The notes: generated by a model from the sequence alone, not told the origin. Positions 9,754-19,255 are shown, numbered from the stretch's first letter. The stretch is DNA of 39,093 nucleotides from Sphingomonadaceae bacterium (GCA_043742745.1 JAYTXW010000177.1:1-39093); one strand, 5' to 3'. Program-made: numbers and translations.

Positions 9754-10491
9754 ATGGCACAAGTCGGCAACGAGGTCGCCCTGGTAACCGGAGCCTCGGG
9801 CGGCATCGGTGGCGAGACGGCGCGGCGGTTCGCACTTGCCGGGGCACAGGTCGCCGTCCACGGCTTTCGTAACCGGGCCGGTGCCGAGCGAGTCGCAAGC
9901 GAGATTGCGGCGCTTGGCGGTACAGCGATCGTCGCGATCGGCGATGTCGGCGACGCCGCCGCGGCGACCCGAATCGCCGACGAAGTATCGGACCGGCTCG
10001 GCGGAATCGATATCCTCGTCAACGTGTCGGGTACCTCGCCGCAGATTTCGTTCGGATCGGTCACCCCGCAGTCGTTCGACGCACTGTTCCGCGACAACGT
10101 GCTCGGGACGATCCTGATGATGCAGGAATGCGCGCGGCACATGTCGGCGGGCGCGCGGATCGTAAATGTCGCGAGCAACCTGAGCTTTTCGCCGATTGCG
10201 GGCCTCGTTCCTTTTGCGGCAGCCAAGGCGGCGCTGATCACGTTGACCCAGGGTTTCGCCCGTGAGCTCGGAGCGCGCCGGATCGCCGTCAATGCCGTTG
10301 CACCGGGTGCGATTGAAACGCCGATGACCGAGTGGACACCCGATCATATTCGCGCCGGGATCGCCCAGGCGACGCCGACGGGACGGATCGGGCAGCCCGA
10401 CGATGTTGCGGATACGATCGTTTTCCTCGCGTCGCCCGCCGCGAAATGGATTAATGGACGGACCTTCATCGTCGATGGCGGCCTGGTGTGA
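9754..10491 (+). CDS. Short-chain dehydrogenase/reductase (FabG-like fold) with FxxxK in place of YxxxK
   Basis: RBS AAGGAG; TGASGGIG; VNAVAPG.IETPM; C-terminal VDGG; active-site segment PFAAAK. Confidence 0.9.
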   Translation: MAQVGNEVALVTGASGGIGGETARRFALAGAQVAVHGFRNRAGAERVASEIAALGGTAIVAIGDVGDAAAATRIADEVSDRLGGIDILVNVSGTSPQISFGSVTPQSFDALFRDNVLGTILMMQECARHMSAGARIVNVASNLSFSPIAGLVPFAAAKAALITLTQGFARELGARRIAVNAVAPGAIETPMTEWTPDHIRAGIAQATPTGRIGQPDDVADTIVFLASPAAKWINGRTFIVDGGLV

Positions 10492-10513
10492 GACGAGCCA
10501 CAAGGAGACGCGT

Positions 10514-11668
10514 ATGACCTTTCTGACTAAACTCGACGACGCACCGGCAGGGGCCGCCAGCAACCCCTTCGGCCTGTCGCAGCACGGTCGCGCCGGCATG
10601 GAAATTCTCGGGGCGATCCAACAGTTCGCCGCGACCAGTCTACGGCCGCAGGCGCGGGCCGTTTTTGAGGCCGATGCCAAGGCGCAGGCGCTGTCTGCCG
10701 AACACGCGGTCGACATGGCCGGGGTCGGCGGGCGCGAGCGCATCGCCGCGGCGCGGGCGATCGCCGATCGCAGCCCGATATTTCGCTTTGAGCGCTTTCT
10801 GCAGCGCTGGGTCGCGGAGGAGAATTTCAACACCGGCATCCCGGCGATCGAAGAGCGCCGGGCGCAGTTCGAGCGCTTTATGGCGCAGCCGATCGCGACG
10901 CCGGCCGGCGGAACACTCGACCTCCCCAATATAGAGTTGCCGAAATATTATAGCCGGGAATGGCATCTCGAGCCGGGCGGCTGGGACGGCTGGGACCTGT
11001 ACGGACCTCTGTTCGCGTTCGCGGTCGGCCCGATGGTGTTTAGCAAGGGAGGCTATGCCGCGGTCGGCGTTGGCGACGACATCACCCGGCAGCGGATTCA
11101 GGCGGTTCAGCAGTTTCCCAAATCGAGTTATCGCCGGGTCTATGAACCGGGGTGCGGCGGCGCGACGACGTTCAAGGCGATTCATACCGTCTTTCCCGAG
11201 GCCGAATTGGTCGGCTGCGATCTGTCGCCGCTACTACTGACCAATGGTCACAAGATGGCCGAACGTCAGGGCATTCCCGTCCACCTCAAGCAGCGCGACG
11301 CCACCTCGACCGGCGAGCCCGACGCGAGCTTCGATGCTGTCATCACCTACGCACTACATCACGAACTGCCGCCCAAGGAAAATGCGGCGATGTTCCGCGA
11401 GATGTATCGCATCCTCGAGCCTGGCGGGGATATCGTCCTGTCCGACCCGCCGCCGTTCCGCGCGGTCGACCTGTTCCACGCCGTCATCCTCGACTGGGAT
11501 ACCGACAATCGCGAGGAACCCTTTTTCTCGACGATGCTGCATACCAGCCTCGACAACCAACTGCGCGAAGCCGGTTTCGTCAATGTCGAATCCTATCCGC
11601 TCGGGCAGGGCCAGTATCCGTGGATCACCCGTGCGTCTAAGCCGGTCGCGCGGGAGCTGGCGGCGTGA
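10514..11668 (+). CDS. Class I SAM-dependent methyltransferase-fold protein A
   Basis: ATG 10514 after AAGGAG; motif I-like YEPGCGG, GCDLS, DASFDAV, HHELP, RILEPGG. Confidence 0.9.
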   Translation: MTFLTKLDDAPAGAASNPFGLSQHGRAGMEILGAIQQFAATSLRPQARAVFEADAKAQALSAEHAVDMAGVGGRERIAAARAIADRSPIFRFERFLQRWVAEENFNTGIPAIEERRAQFERFMAQPIATPAGGTLDLPNIELPKYYSREWHLEPGGWDGWDLYGPLFAFAVGPMVFSKGGYAAVGVGDDITRQRIQAVQQFPKSSYRRVYEPGCGGATTFKAIHTVFPEAELVGCDLSPLLLTNGHKMAERQGIPVHLKQRDATSTGEPDASFDAVITYALHHELPPKENAAMFREMYRILEPGGDIVLSDPPPFRAVDLFHAVILDWDTDNREEPFFSTMLHTSLDNQLREAGFVNVESYPLGQGQYPWITRASKPVARELAA

Positions 11669-11964
11669 CCGACGCGACGATGCCGCCCGAAAGCATTGAC
11701 GACGTCGCGAGGATCGTCATGGCGCTCGTCCAGGAGGTGTGGATCATGCGCGACCGGATGGCGGTGACAGAGCGGCTGCTCGCCGCGCGAACGGGCATCA
11801 CCGCCGCTGATATCGACGATTATGTCGGCGACGCGGGCTTCAAGACCGATATCGAAAAGCTGCGCGACCGCTTCACCGCCAAAGTGATCGGAGCTCCGTT
11901 GGCAGCGCGTGAACGGAGCGTCGAGCAGATCCTGACCCGCGCCGGGCTGTTGTCGCCCGCTTGA
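11665..11964 (+). CDS. Small helical hypothetical protein, partner of methyltransferase A
   Basis: GTGA overlap with the methyltransferase stop; clear paralogue of 11971-12234. Confidence 0.8.
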   Translation: MTDATMPPESIDDVARIVMALVQEVWIMRDRMAVTERLLAARTGITAADIDDYVGDAGFKTDIEKLRDRFTAKVIGAPLAARERSVEQILTRAGLLSPA

Positions 11965-11970
11965 AGAAAA

Positions 11971-12234
11971 TCACCGGACTCCGCTGAGCGCCCGCGACAC
12001 CGCCGCAACCAGTCGGTCACGGCGGGCGTCTAGTTCGGCTTGGCGGGCAGCGTCGGGTTCGAAGCCATCGATTTCGGCGGCGGCGTCGATACCGTGCCGA
12101 GCGAGGATCGTTTCCAGAACAAGCTGGCGATCGGCGACCACCCACAGTTCGCGGGCGAGCGCGACGACGGCGTCGGCAACATTGTCGATCTGATCGGTAC
12201 CGAAGAGCCGGCGTGGCGGCGTATGATCACTCAA
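11971..12234 (-). CDS. Small helical hypothetical protein, partner of methyltransferase B
   Basis: TTG at 12234 overlaps the TGA of methyltransferase B; IDNVADAVVALARELWVVADR..LE aligns with IDDVARIVMALVQEVWIMRDR..TE. Confidence 0.8.
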   Translation of the reverse strand: MSDHTPPRRLFGTDQIDNVADAVVALARELWVVADRQLVLETILARHGIDAAAEIDGFEPDAARQAELDARRDRLVAAVSRALSGVR

Positions 12235-13283
12235 TCGCCCAACCCCGACCTGCGGCCATAAACCAGATACGGGTTGCCGGTCGGTCCGACGCCCTCGGCA
12301 CGGACGTCGACAAATCCCGCATCGCGCGCGCCCTCGGCGAAGTCGATCATTGCCGCCGTGCGCCAGAACGGCTCGCCGCCCCATTTCGCCGCCCAATCTA
12401 CGCGCCACGCGCTTAAACGGTCGAGGTCGGCATAACGCGGAACGTCGACCATCAGCAGGTCCCCGCCCGGCTCGAGCAGCCGGAACGCTTCGGCGAACCA
12501 TGCGGCGATGATCTTCGGCGGCAGCTCGTGATGAATCGCGTAGGAAGTCACGAGATCGAAACTGGCGTCGTCGAAGCCCGTATCTTCGCCCGCCGCGACG
12601 ACCAGATCCCAGCTATGCCCCAGCTCATTGCCGACGCGGCGGGCCTGCTCGAGCATCCGCCGCGACAGGTCGACGCCGCTTATACGGGCGTCGGGAAATC
12701 GCTCGGCGAGCGCGACGGTGTAGTGCCCGCTCGACGTTCCCAGTTCGAGGATTCGTTTATGATCGTGACGAGGCAAAGCATCGAGGACACGGCGTCGCTG
12801 GCTGTAGATGTCGCCTGGAAAAATGCGCGACACATAGCGTTTGTGGACCAGCTCGCCGTGAATGAAGCCATTATACTCCGACGCGTCCCAACCGCCGGTC
12901 GTGCGGTGAAACCAGATCTCCGACCAGTAGCGCGGCGAAACGAATCCCGGCCGCTCGCGGAGCGTCGTCCCGCCGTCGTCGAGCCACGCGAGTTCCGGAG
13001 CGATCCGATCCTTGATCTCGGCGAACGCTTCTTCGCACATCATACCATGTTCCTTGGCGCCCCACTCGCCGAGCAATTCCCGAGTGCGGTACGGAGCGTG
13101 GTCCGCAAGCGTCGCGTCGATCAGCGCGTGGCGCGCGTCCATGTCGTCGGGCAGGGTTTCCGCTGTTACGCCACGGCTGGCGAGCAGCGCCTCTGCATCG
13201 CGCTGAAGGTGGCCAGCTTCGAGCCGGACGCCGACCTCGAAATCGATCAGCGCGCGCCCGCGCTGGGCAAGCTGAACATTCAT
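12231..13283 (-). CDS. Class I SAM-dependent methyltransferase-fold protein B
   Basis: Start reassigned to ATG 13283 (ATGA overlap with MFS stop); LELGTSSG, GVDLS, DASFDLV, HHELPP, RLLEPGG. Confidence 0.9.
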   Translation of the reverse strand: MNVQLAQRGRALIDFEVGVRLEAGHLQRDAEALLASRGVTAETLPDDMDARHALIDATLADHAPYRTRELLGEWGAKEHGMMCEEAFAEIKDRIAPELAWLDDGGTTLRERPGFVSPRYWSEIWFHRTTGGWDASEYNGFIHGELVHKRYVSRIFPGDIYSQRRRVLDALPRHDHKRILELGTSSGHYTVALAERFPDARISGVDLSRRMLEQARRVGNELGHSWDLVVAAGEDTGFDDASFDLVTSYAIHHELPPKIIAAWFAEAFRLLEPGGDLLMVDVPRYADLDRLSAWRVDWAAKWGGEPFWRTAAMIDFAEGARDAGFVDVRAEGVGPTGNPYLVYGRRSGLGD

Positions 13284-14692
13284 GCCGTCACCTCGTTCGC
13301 GATGCCGGGATCGCCGGCATTGGGGATCGGGGCGTCGGCCAGTCGCTGTTCGCTGAGCGAATAGAACCACAGTGCGACGCAGCTGGCGAGGAGCAGGAGC
13401 ATCGGTAGGGTCGAGGCAAGCATGTAGATCGCCTTGATCGCCGACTGCGGCTGCACCGCCGCGGTGTTGCCGGTGCCCTGGATATACCCCGCCCGCCCGA
13501 GGACGATGCCCGTCGCCGCCGCCCCGAGCGCGAATGACAATTTCTCGACCATGGTATACACCGCCGACAGCATCCCTTCGCGCCGCATCCCCGTCCGCCG
13601 GTAATCCCATTCCATCGTGTCGGGTAGCAGCGATTGCCCCAGCAGGAGGACGGCACCGCCGAGCGCGCCGAACAGCAGCGCGCGAGCATAGACTAGGATC
13701 AGCGGCTCGCCGGGGGCCAGCCAGTACCAGCTGAAATACAGCAACGCGTAGCCTATCGTCGCCCAGAGATAGACCGACCGCTTGCCCCAACGCCGCGCCG
13801 CACGAACCCAGAACGGCTGACAGACCATCATCACGCCGTAGAAGATCAGGAAATAAGCCCCGAGGAGCGTGTCGGACAGACCGAGAATGCGCTTGAAGAG
13901 GAAAGGCATCGACGCCTGCGTAACGGCTAAGGCGGTCAGCTGCAGCAACTTGATGACCAGCAGCAGGACGAACGGGCGGTTGTCCGCCATTAGCGCCAGC
14001 TTGCGCGACAAGCTGAGACGGACCGGCGATTCGTCGTAGTGGAACGACGCGTTGCGTGTCCCCCAAAAGCAACCGATCGTGCCTGCGACGATCACCACGG
14101 CCAAAAATATCGACAGCGTCGTGTGGCCGGCCTGGCCCCCGCCCGATCGCGCGATCAGCACCGGCCCGACGAACGTAGCGATCAGGCTGGCGATTGCGAC
14201 GCCAGTCACGCGGAACGAGATCAGCCGTGAGCGCTCGTGAAAACTTGTCGTCATCTCGGCCGGCATCGCCATGTAGGGGACGCTAAACGCGGCATAACCG
14301 CTGGCGTACACGAGGAGCGCGAAGATGATGAAGGCGGCCTTGCTGGTGGTAGACAGTCCATCCGGAATATTGAACAGCAACAGCGCAGATACCGCGAGCA
14401 GAAGGCCGCCGCCGAGGATGAACGGCCGCCGCCGCCCCATCGACGAACGCGTACGGTCGCTCCATGACCCGACCGCAGGGTCGATCACCGCATCGTAAAG
14501 CTTCGACAGCCCGATCAGTGATCCCGCGAGCACTGCGCCGAGACCGGCGTAGTCGACGATGTAACGCAGCAGCAGAACGTTGACCGAGTTGAACAAAGCC
14601 GCGACGGTAAGGGTGCCCAACCCCCACGAGACGCAGGTCCGGAGCGGCAGGACGTCCGGCGGCGTCGTCGGGGATTGGCTCACCATCGTCAT
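13280..14692 (-). CDS. MFS transporter, GPH (MelB-like glycoside:cation symporter) family
   Basis: YDAVIDP.VG.WSDRTRS..GRRRPF, VPY.AMPAEMT....ERSRL, LPDT.E.D....G.RREG. ATG 14692 follows GGAGGAG; alternative GTG start at 14731. Confidence 0.92.
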   Translation of the reverse strand: MTMVSQSPTTPPDVLPLRTCVSWGLGTLTVAALFNSVNVLLLRYIVDYAGLGAVLAGSLIGLSKLYDAVIDPAVGSWSDRTRSSMGRRRPFILGGGLLLAVSALLLFNIPDGLSTTSKAAFIIFALLVYASGYAAFSVPYMAMPAEMTTSFHERSRLISFRVTGVAIASLIATFVGPVLIARSGGGQAGHTTLSIFLAVVIVAGTIGCFWGTRNASFHYDESPVRLSLSRKLALMADNRPFVLLLVIKLLQLTALAVTQASMPFLFKRILGLSDTLLGAYFLIFYGVMMVCQPFWVRAARRWGKRSVYLWATIGYALLYFSWYWLAPGEPLILVYARALLFGALGGAVLLLGQSLLPDTMEWDYRRTGMRREGMLSAVYTMVEKLSFALGAAATGIVLGRAGYIQGTGNTAAVQPQSAIKAIYMLASTLPMLLLLASCVALWFYSLSEQRLADAPIPNAGDPGIANEVTA

Positions 14693-14727
14693 CGTCTCCT
14701 CCGGCAGGTCTGCCGCTGCTTGATCGC

Positions 14728-15639
14728 TCACGGGCGCCGGTCATCGAGAAAGCGATTGATCGCGGCGGCGACTTCAACCGGGCGCTCCTGATGCACGAAG
14801 GAACCGGCCCCGGCGATGGTGACGGCCTCCGAATGGGGGAGCAAGCGGCGACCGACTTCGCCATATTTTGCGTAGGCACCGCGATCCGAATTGATGAGCA
14901 GCGTCGGCGCCGCGACCCGTGGCAGGTAATCCGTGACGCCGACTCGGCCGACGCCGCGCTCGCACGGTCGCAGCCACGCCCCGGCCTTGGCGCGCGCCGC
15001 GATCTGCTCATCGCTAACGCGCGGATCGGTGGTGGCGAACAGTCGCATACGCTCCTGTTCGGGCGTAAGCCCTCGACCGAGCTTCGCAAGCCGTTCCTTT
15101 TCCGCATTGGCAGCGTCCTGGTCTGCTAGCTGCGCAACGCTCATCGGTCCGATCAAGCTCGAGCTGACGACGACGAGATGGTCGACGCGGTTTGACCACA
15201 GTGCCGCGAGCACGATGCCGATGACTCCGCCCATCGAGTTACCGGCCAACGAAAAGCGATCGACACCCATGCGGTCGAGGACGGCGAGCACGATCGCTGC
15301 GCACTCAGGTATCGTCATTATGTACGGTGGCGGCCCCGCCATGACCGAATCACCGTGTCCTGGGGGATCAAAGGCTATTACCCGCCGTCGTGCCGCCAGC
15401 GCCGGTGCAGCGAACCGCCAGTCGGCGATCCACCCGCCGAGCTTGGGCAGCAGGATTAGCGGTGGGCTATCGCCGTCGCCAAGCGATGCGAAGTGCAGGG
15501 TGCCGCCGCCAAAAGCGACGTCGCCACTATCGGTCCATGGCGGCGACGGAGTTGCCGTTTTCGCCGGCAGCGCAACGGCCGTGGACGCCACGGCGAACGT
15601 CCCCATTGCTTCGCGCCGGGTCACGCGCCTGTCAGACAT
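14728..15639 (-). CDS. Alpha/beta hydrolase with twin-arginine-like signal
   Basis: TRREAMG...AVALPA Tat-like leader; FDPPGHGDS; GNSMGG nucleophile elbow. Start at 15639 or 15663. Confidence 0.85.
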   Translation of the reverse strand: MSDRRVTRREAMGTFAVASTAVALPAKTATPSPPWTDSGDVAFGGGTLHFASLGDGDSPPLILLPKLGGWIADWRFAAPALAARRRVIAFDPPGHGDSVMAGPPPYIMTIPECAAIVLAVLDRMGVDRFSLAGNSMGGVIGIVLAALWSNRVDHLVVVSSSLIGPMSVAQLADQDAANAEKERLAKLGRGLTPEQERMRLFATTDPRVSDEQIAARAKAGAWLRPCERGVGRVGVTDYLPRVAAPTLLINSDRGAYAKYGEVGRRLLPHSEAVTIAGAGSFVHQERPVEVAAAINRFLDDRRP

Positions 15640-15738
15640 GATGCTCGCTGGGCATACTGGCATCCCGTTGTCAGTGGTGCAGGCTAGTCTGCAAGATGCT
15701 CCCCTACACTGCGAGACACTTTCATGATCGACAGGCGA

Positions 15739-16758
15739 TCATCCGAGGCGGCGAAGCCGACGCAAATCACCGATCGTCGCTGTCGCGAGACCGATGCCGC
15801 GCTCACCGTGATCCGCGCCAAGCGACTGAAAGCCGTAGTAATACAGATGGAGTTGTGCGTTCGCGATAACCAACCGATTGGCGGCGACGCCCAACTCATC
15901 CCACGCGCCCGGCTCGCCGACGTGAAAAATCGGCTCGCCGTAGAGCCGGTGCCAGCGAAACCCGTCGTCGGAATCGGCAGCAGCGATCGACCGGCGGTGG
16001 GCAGCGTCGGTGGCGGTATAGACCATCAGGAAACGGCGACCGCCCGGTAGCGGATTGGCCAAAACCTGCCGCGTCACCATCCCGCCCGCGTCGTAATCGC
16101 GGTCGCCGTCGGCCCATTCGAGCGCACCAATTTGACTCCAAGCGACGCCATCCGCCGACGTCGCGACGCGTGTTTCGAAGCGCGCCAGATTGAGTAGCGG
16201 GGCGGTGTACTGGACGATCAACTGGCGCCCATCGCCAAACGTGTTGGGCCATGCTGCGTAGACGCGCTCTTCAGGATAATCGAACAGTGCGCCGGTTTCA
16301 TGACTGCCGCGCACGCGGTGCCAGTGGATTCCGTCGGCGCTACGCGCGAGACCAGGGCGCATTCCGAGGCCAGCGACCGGCCTAATTGCACCCGTCTCGC
16401 GGATCGTCTTGTCACCGCCGAAATACCACATCAGCCACTCGCCAGCGCCGCGCGAAATGTCGGTGAGCCCGATATGGAGCGAGTCAAAGTCGGCCGGATC
16501 AGCGCTGGGTTCGAATACGGCACCTGCTGACAATGGGCCGTCGAAGCGGCGCCACGCGATGCCGTCGTTCGAAGTAGCCAAAGCGATCCGCCCGGTTCCC
16601 AGGGTAGGCGGCCCGTCGAACATTGCGTCGCGACAATAGTACCACATTCGCCACGCCCGACCGATCTCGTCGTAATCGACGATCGCACCACCGACCCGGT
16701 AGTCGTCGCAGCGCCCGCTCGGACCCTTACCGAAAACCAGACCTTTCCGAATCGACAT
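15739..16758 (-). CDS. Five-bladed beta-propeller glycoside hydrolase-like protein (GH32/43/130-like)
   Basis: Repeated blade motifs (W/F/Y)D...(V/I)...(W/F).M.Y and IALATSNDG..W, GLARSADG..W, ATSADG..W, AAADSDDG..W; no signal peptide; ATG 16758 with GAGG upstream. Confidence 0.75.
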   Translation of the reverse strand: MSIRKGLVFGKGPSGRCDDYRVGGAIVDYDEIGRAWRMWYYCRDAMFDGPPTLGTGRIALATSNDGIAWRRFDGPLSAGAVFEPSADPADFDSLHIGLTDISRGAGEWLMWYFGGDKTIRETGAIRPVAGLGMRPGLARSADGIHWHRVRGSHETGALFDYPEERVYAAWPNTFGDGRQLIVQYTAPLLNLARFETRVATSADGVAWSQIGALEWADGDRDYDAGGMVTRQVLANPLPGGRRFLMVYTATDAAHRRSIAAADSDDGFRWHRLYGEPIFHVGEPGAWDELGVAANRLVIANAQLHLYYYGFQSLGADHGERGIGLATATIGDLRRLRRLG

Positions 16759-16771
16759 CGACGGACCTCGA

Positions 16772-17944
16772 TCAGTTGGGCGCCACGCTAGGCGCAGTGG
16801 TGAGGACGACGATTGCGGCGATGAGCGATATGCCGGCGCCAATGAAGACAGCGCCATAGCCGGCATGATCGGCAAATAATCCGAAGATCGGCCCCGACAC
16901 GCCGAGCGCGATGTCAAAAAAAGCCGAGAAGCCGCCGATCACGGCGCCACGATTGGCGGGCGGCAAACGCCCCAGCAATTCGACACCAAGGGCCGGATAG
17001 ACCATCGAGAAGCCAAATCCCCCCAGCAGCGCGCCGAGGGCGACGATTGCCGGCGACAGCGCCACGACGATCAATCCTTGCCCCACCGCCGCAACCAGAA
17101 GCGAAAGCAGCGCAACTCGCCGGCCCCCAAAGCGCGCCGGAAGATCGGCAAGAAACAGACGGACCAGCACGTAACCGCTGCCAAACGCGGCAAGAGCCCA
17201 TGCCTCGCCGCTCCAGCCGAGCGCGGTATAGCGCAGGCCAAGAAACGCCAGCAACGTAGCATAGGGAATTGCCGCGAGCGTGAGCACCGTGCCGAACCGT
17301 GCGATTGCCAGCACGACACGGTAAAAGGGCAGACGGGTCCCGCCCGGTGAGGTCGCCGCTGAAAGGGGAAGCGCGATCAAGATGGCGAGCAGCGGCGCCA
17401 CCGTCGCCAGCGCCGCGACCGTCGCGAAGCCGCTCGAATGATGGAGCGCCAAACAAAGCGGCGCGCCGAGGCTTATTGAACCGAACATCGCGAGGCCCTG
17501 CCACGCAATAACCCGTCCGCTCTGCGTCGCCCCTAACCGCGCGATGCACCAGCTCACGGCGCCGGTCAGGAACAGGCTTTCGCCGATACCGAGCAGGATG
17601 CGCCCTCCCATCAGGATCGCGAGGCCGGTGCGGTGATCGGCGGCGATCGCCGCCCACATACTCGCCACTCCGGAGATCACACACAGCGGCAGGCCGAGGA
17701 GCACGGCGCTGCGGGGGCCGCGCCGATCGCTCAATCCGCCAGCATATTGACGGGTCGTGATCGTCGCTAGGGACTGTATACTGACGGCGCAGCCGGCAGT
17801 CGTACTGAACGACCAATCCTGCCGGACAAGGAGCGGAATCACCGGCAGCATCGTGCTGATGGCCAGAAAGCCAAGGAAGACGATCGCCGTTACCGGTACC
17901 AGCCGTCGCCACTGGCCTTCCAATGCAGGCGCGGCGCCGGTCAC
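16772..17944 (-). CDS. MFS transporter (YhhS/YfcJ-like)
   Basis: Multiple hydrophobic segments; GGLSDRRGPR motif A; GRILLGIGES; RGAVIGGFSAFFDIA; GTG start overlaps the upstream stop. Confidence 0.88.
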   Translation of the reverse strand: MTGAAPALEGQWRRLVPVTAIVFLGFLAISTMLPVIPLLVRQDWSFSTTAGCAVSIQSLATITTRQYAGGLSDRRGPRSAVLLGLPLCVISGVASMWAAIAADHRTGLAILMGGRILLGIGESLFLTGAVSWCIARLGATQSGRVIAWQGLAMFGSISLGAPLCLALHHSSGFATVAALATVAPLLAILIALPLSAATSPGGTRLPFYRVVLAIARFGTVLTLAAIPYATLLAFLGLRYTALGWSGEAWALAAFGSGYVLVRLFLADLPARFGGRRVALLSLLVAAVGQGLIVVALSPAIVALGALLGGFGFSMVYPALGVELLGRLPPANRGAVIGGFSAFFDIALGVSGPIFGLFADHAGYGAVFIGAGISLIAAIVVLTTAPSVAPN

Positions 17945-19134
17945 GTGATCGCGGCTGCTTCGCGCAGGCTGGTGATCATCGACTGGCGGAGCAGATACGC
18001 GCGCCGCTTTTCGGCATCGTTGGCCAGCATCGTCATCGTAGCTCGCTGCCACTTATGCGCCTCGCTCTGTCCCGCCCGCATCAATTGCATGTTTTGCATC
18101 GTCTGCTGCTGGATGAAGTCGTGCGTCACGGTCCGCCGCTGGCGATCATATCGATCGAGAAGTACCGGATCTGCACCGTCCTTGAAAACCTCGACGAGCT
18201 TCTCGCACAGGCTGAACGCGTCGTGGATGCCGCTGTTCATGCCGAATCCGCCGAGCGGATTGTTGAGATGCGCGGCATCGCCCATCAGAAAAATCCGTCC
18301 GATTTGGAACTGCTTTGCGACGCGCTGATGGACGCGATAAATTGTTCGGTGCGCGGTTTCCACCGCCGCACCGTCACCGGTCAGCCGGTCGAACACCTCG
18401 TTCTTCTTAGCGTCGGAGCGCAGATCGACCGACGCATCGTCAGCTGGGACCAATACCCGCCATAACGTTGGTACGCGGAGTAAAACTAGCCATTCGTCCG
18501 GGTCTGATACGTAGTTTACGAGCGCTAGCCCCGGCAGGTAGTCCTCGAGTGGAACCCGGGTAGTTAGGCAAAGAAATTTTTCCGGATAGGTAAAGCCATC
18601 GAAGCCTATCCCCAGCCATTTACGGACAATCGACGACGCGCCATCGGCGCCGATTACGTAATCCGCGCGCACGCGACGAATCTCGGTTGGAGTCTCCAGC
18701 GACACCAAAACGCCGGTATCGTCCTGCGCGATGTGCGCGACCCGGTGTCTGAACAGGACTTCGGCACCGGGTAGCGATGCGAGCCCGTCGGCCAGCATCC
18801 GCGCGAGATGATATTGTTCGCACTGAAGGCGAAACGGGTATCGCACGATATCGGCCAGTTCGCCCATGTCGAACGCGACGATCTCGCCGCTCCGGCGGTC
18901 GCGCCAGTGATAAATCGGTGCCTTCAGCCCTGTTTCGATCAAGCGGTCGGTGATGCCAAGGGTGTCGAGCATCTCAAGCGTCGGCGCGTGGAAGGTCGAC
19001 GCCCGCATATCCTGCGCGCAGTCGGCACCGGCTTCGACCAGCATGACGTCGATCCCATGCTGGGCAAGATACGTCGCCGCCACGCAGCCGACCGGCCCAG
19101 CGCCGGCGATCAAAACCTGCACCCGGTCGCTCAT
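17941..19134 (-). CDS. FAD-dependent monooxygenase (group A, MhpA/PheA-like)
   Basis: IAGAGPVG, VIGADGASSIVR, GDAAH..NPLGGFGMNSGIHDA, YD..RR. Alternative GTG start at 19146. Confidence 0.93.
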   Translation of the reverse strand: MSDRVQVLIAGAGPVGCVAATYLAQHGIDVMLVEAGADCAQDMRASTFHAPTLEMLDTLGITDRLIETGLKAPIYHWRDRRSGEIVAFDMGELADIVRYPFRLQCEQYHLARMLADGLASLPGAEVLFRHRVAHIAQDDTGVLVSLETPTEIRRVRADYVIGADGASSIVRKWLGIGFDGFTYPEKFLCLTTRVPLEDYLPGLALVNYVSDPDEWLVLLRVPTLWRVLVPADDASVDLRSDAKKNEVFDRLTGDGAAVETAHRTIYRVHQRVAKQFQIGRIFLMGDAAHLNNPLGGFGMNSGIHDAFSLCEKLVEVFKDGADPVLLDRYDRQRRTVTHDFIQQQTMQNMQLMRAGQSEAHKWQRATMTMLANDAEKRRAYLLRQSMITSLREAAAIT

Positions 19135-19255
19135 GCCTCGCACCACATGTGAGTTCGCCCCCGCAAGTTTCGCGTCGGCGCTAAGGTGATTGGCGTCGGG
19201 CGGCGACGGACTGATCCGGTTTATCCGCTGGACGAGTACGTCGCGCAGTCCCGCG

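Noticed and set aside
10514-13283. Restriction-modification, toxin-antitoxin or other defence system
   Set aside because: The MTases lack DNA-methylase motifs (DPPY/NPPY, PC) in the expected context and look like small-molecule enzymes; no nuclease or toxin domain was recognised. DPPPF in MTase A aligns with DVPRY in MTase B and is not conserved.
13284-14072. 613-aa methyltransferase with a long N-terminal extension
   Set aside because: The extension overlaps the MFS gene in another frame; ATG 13283 gives an ATGA coupling and matches the paralogue's N-terminus.
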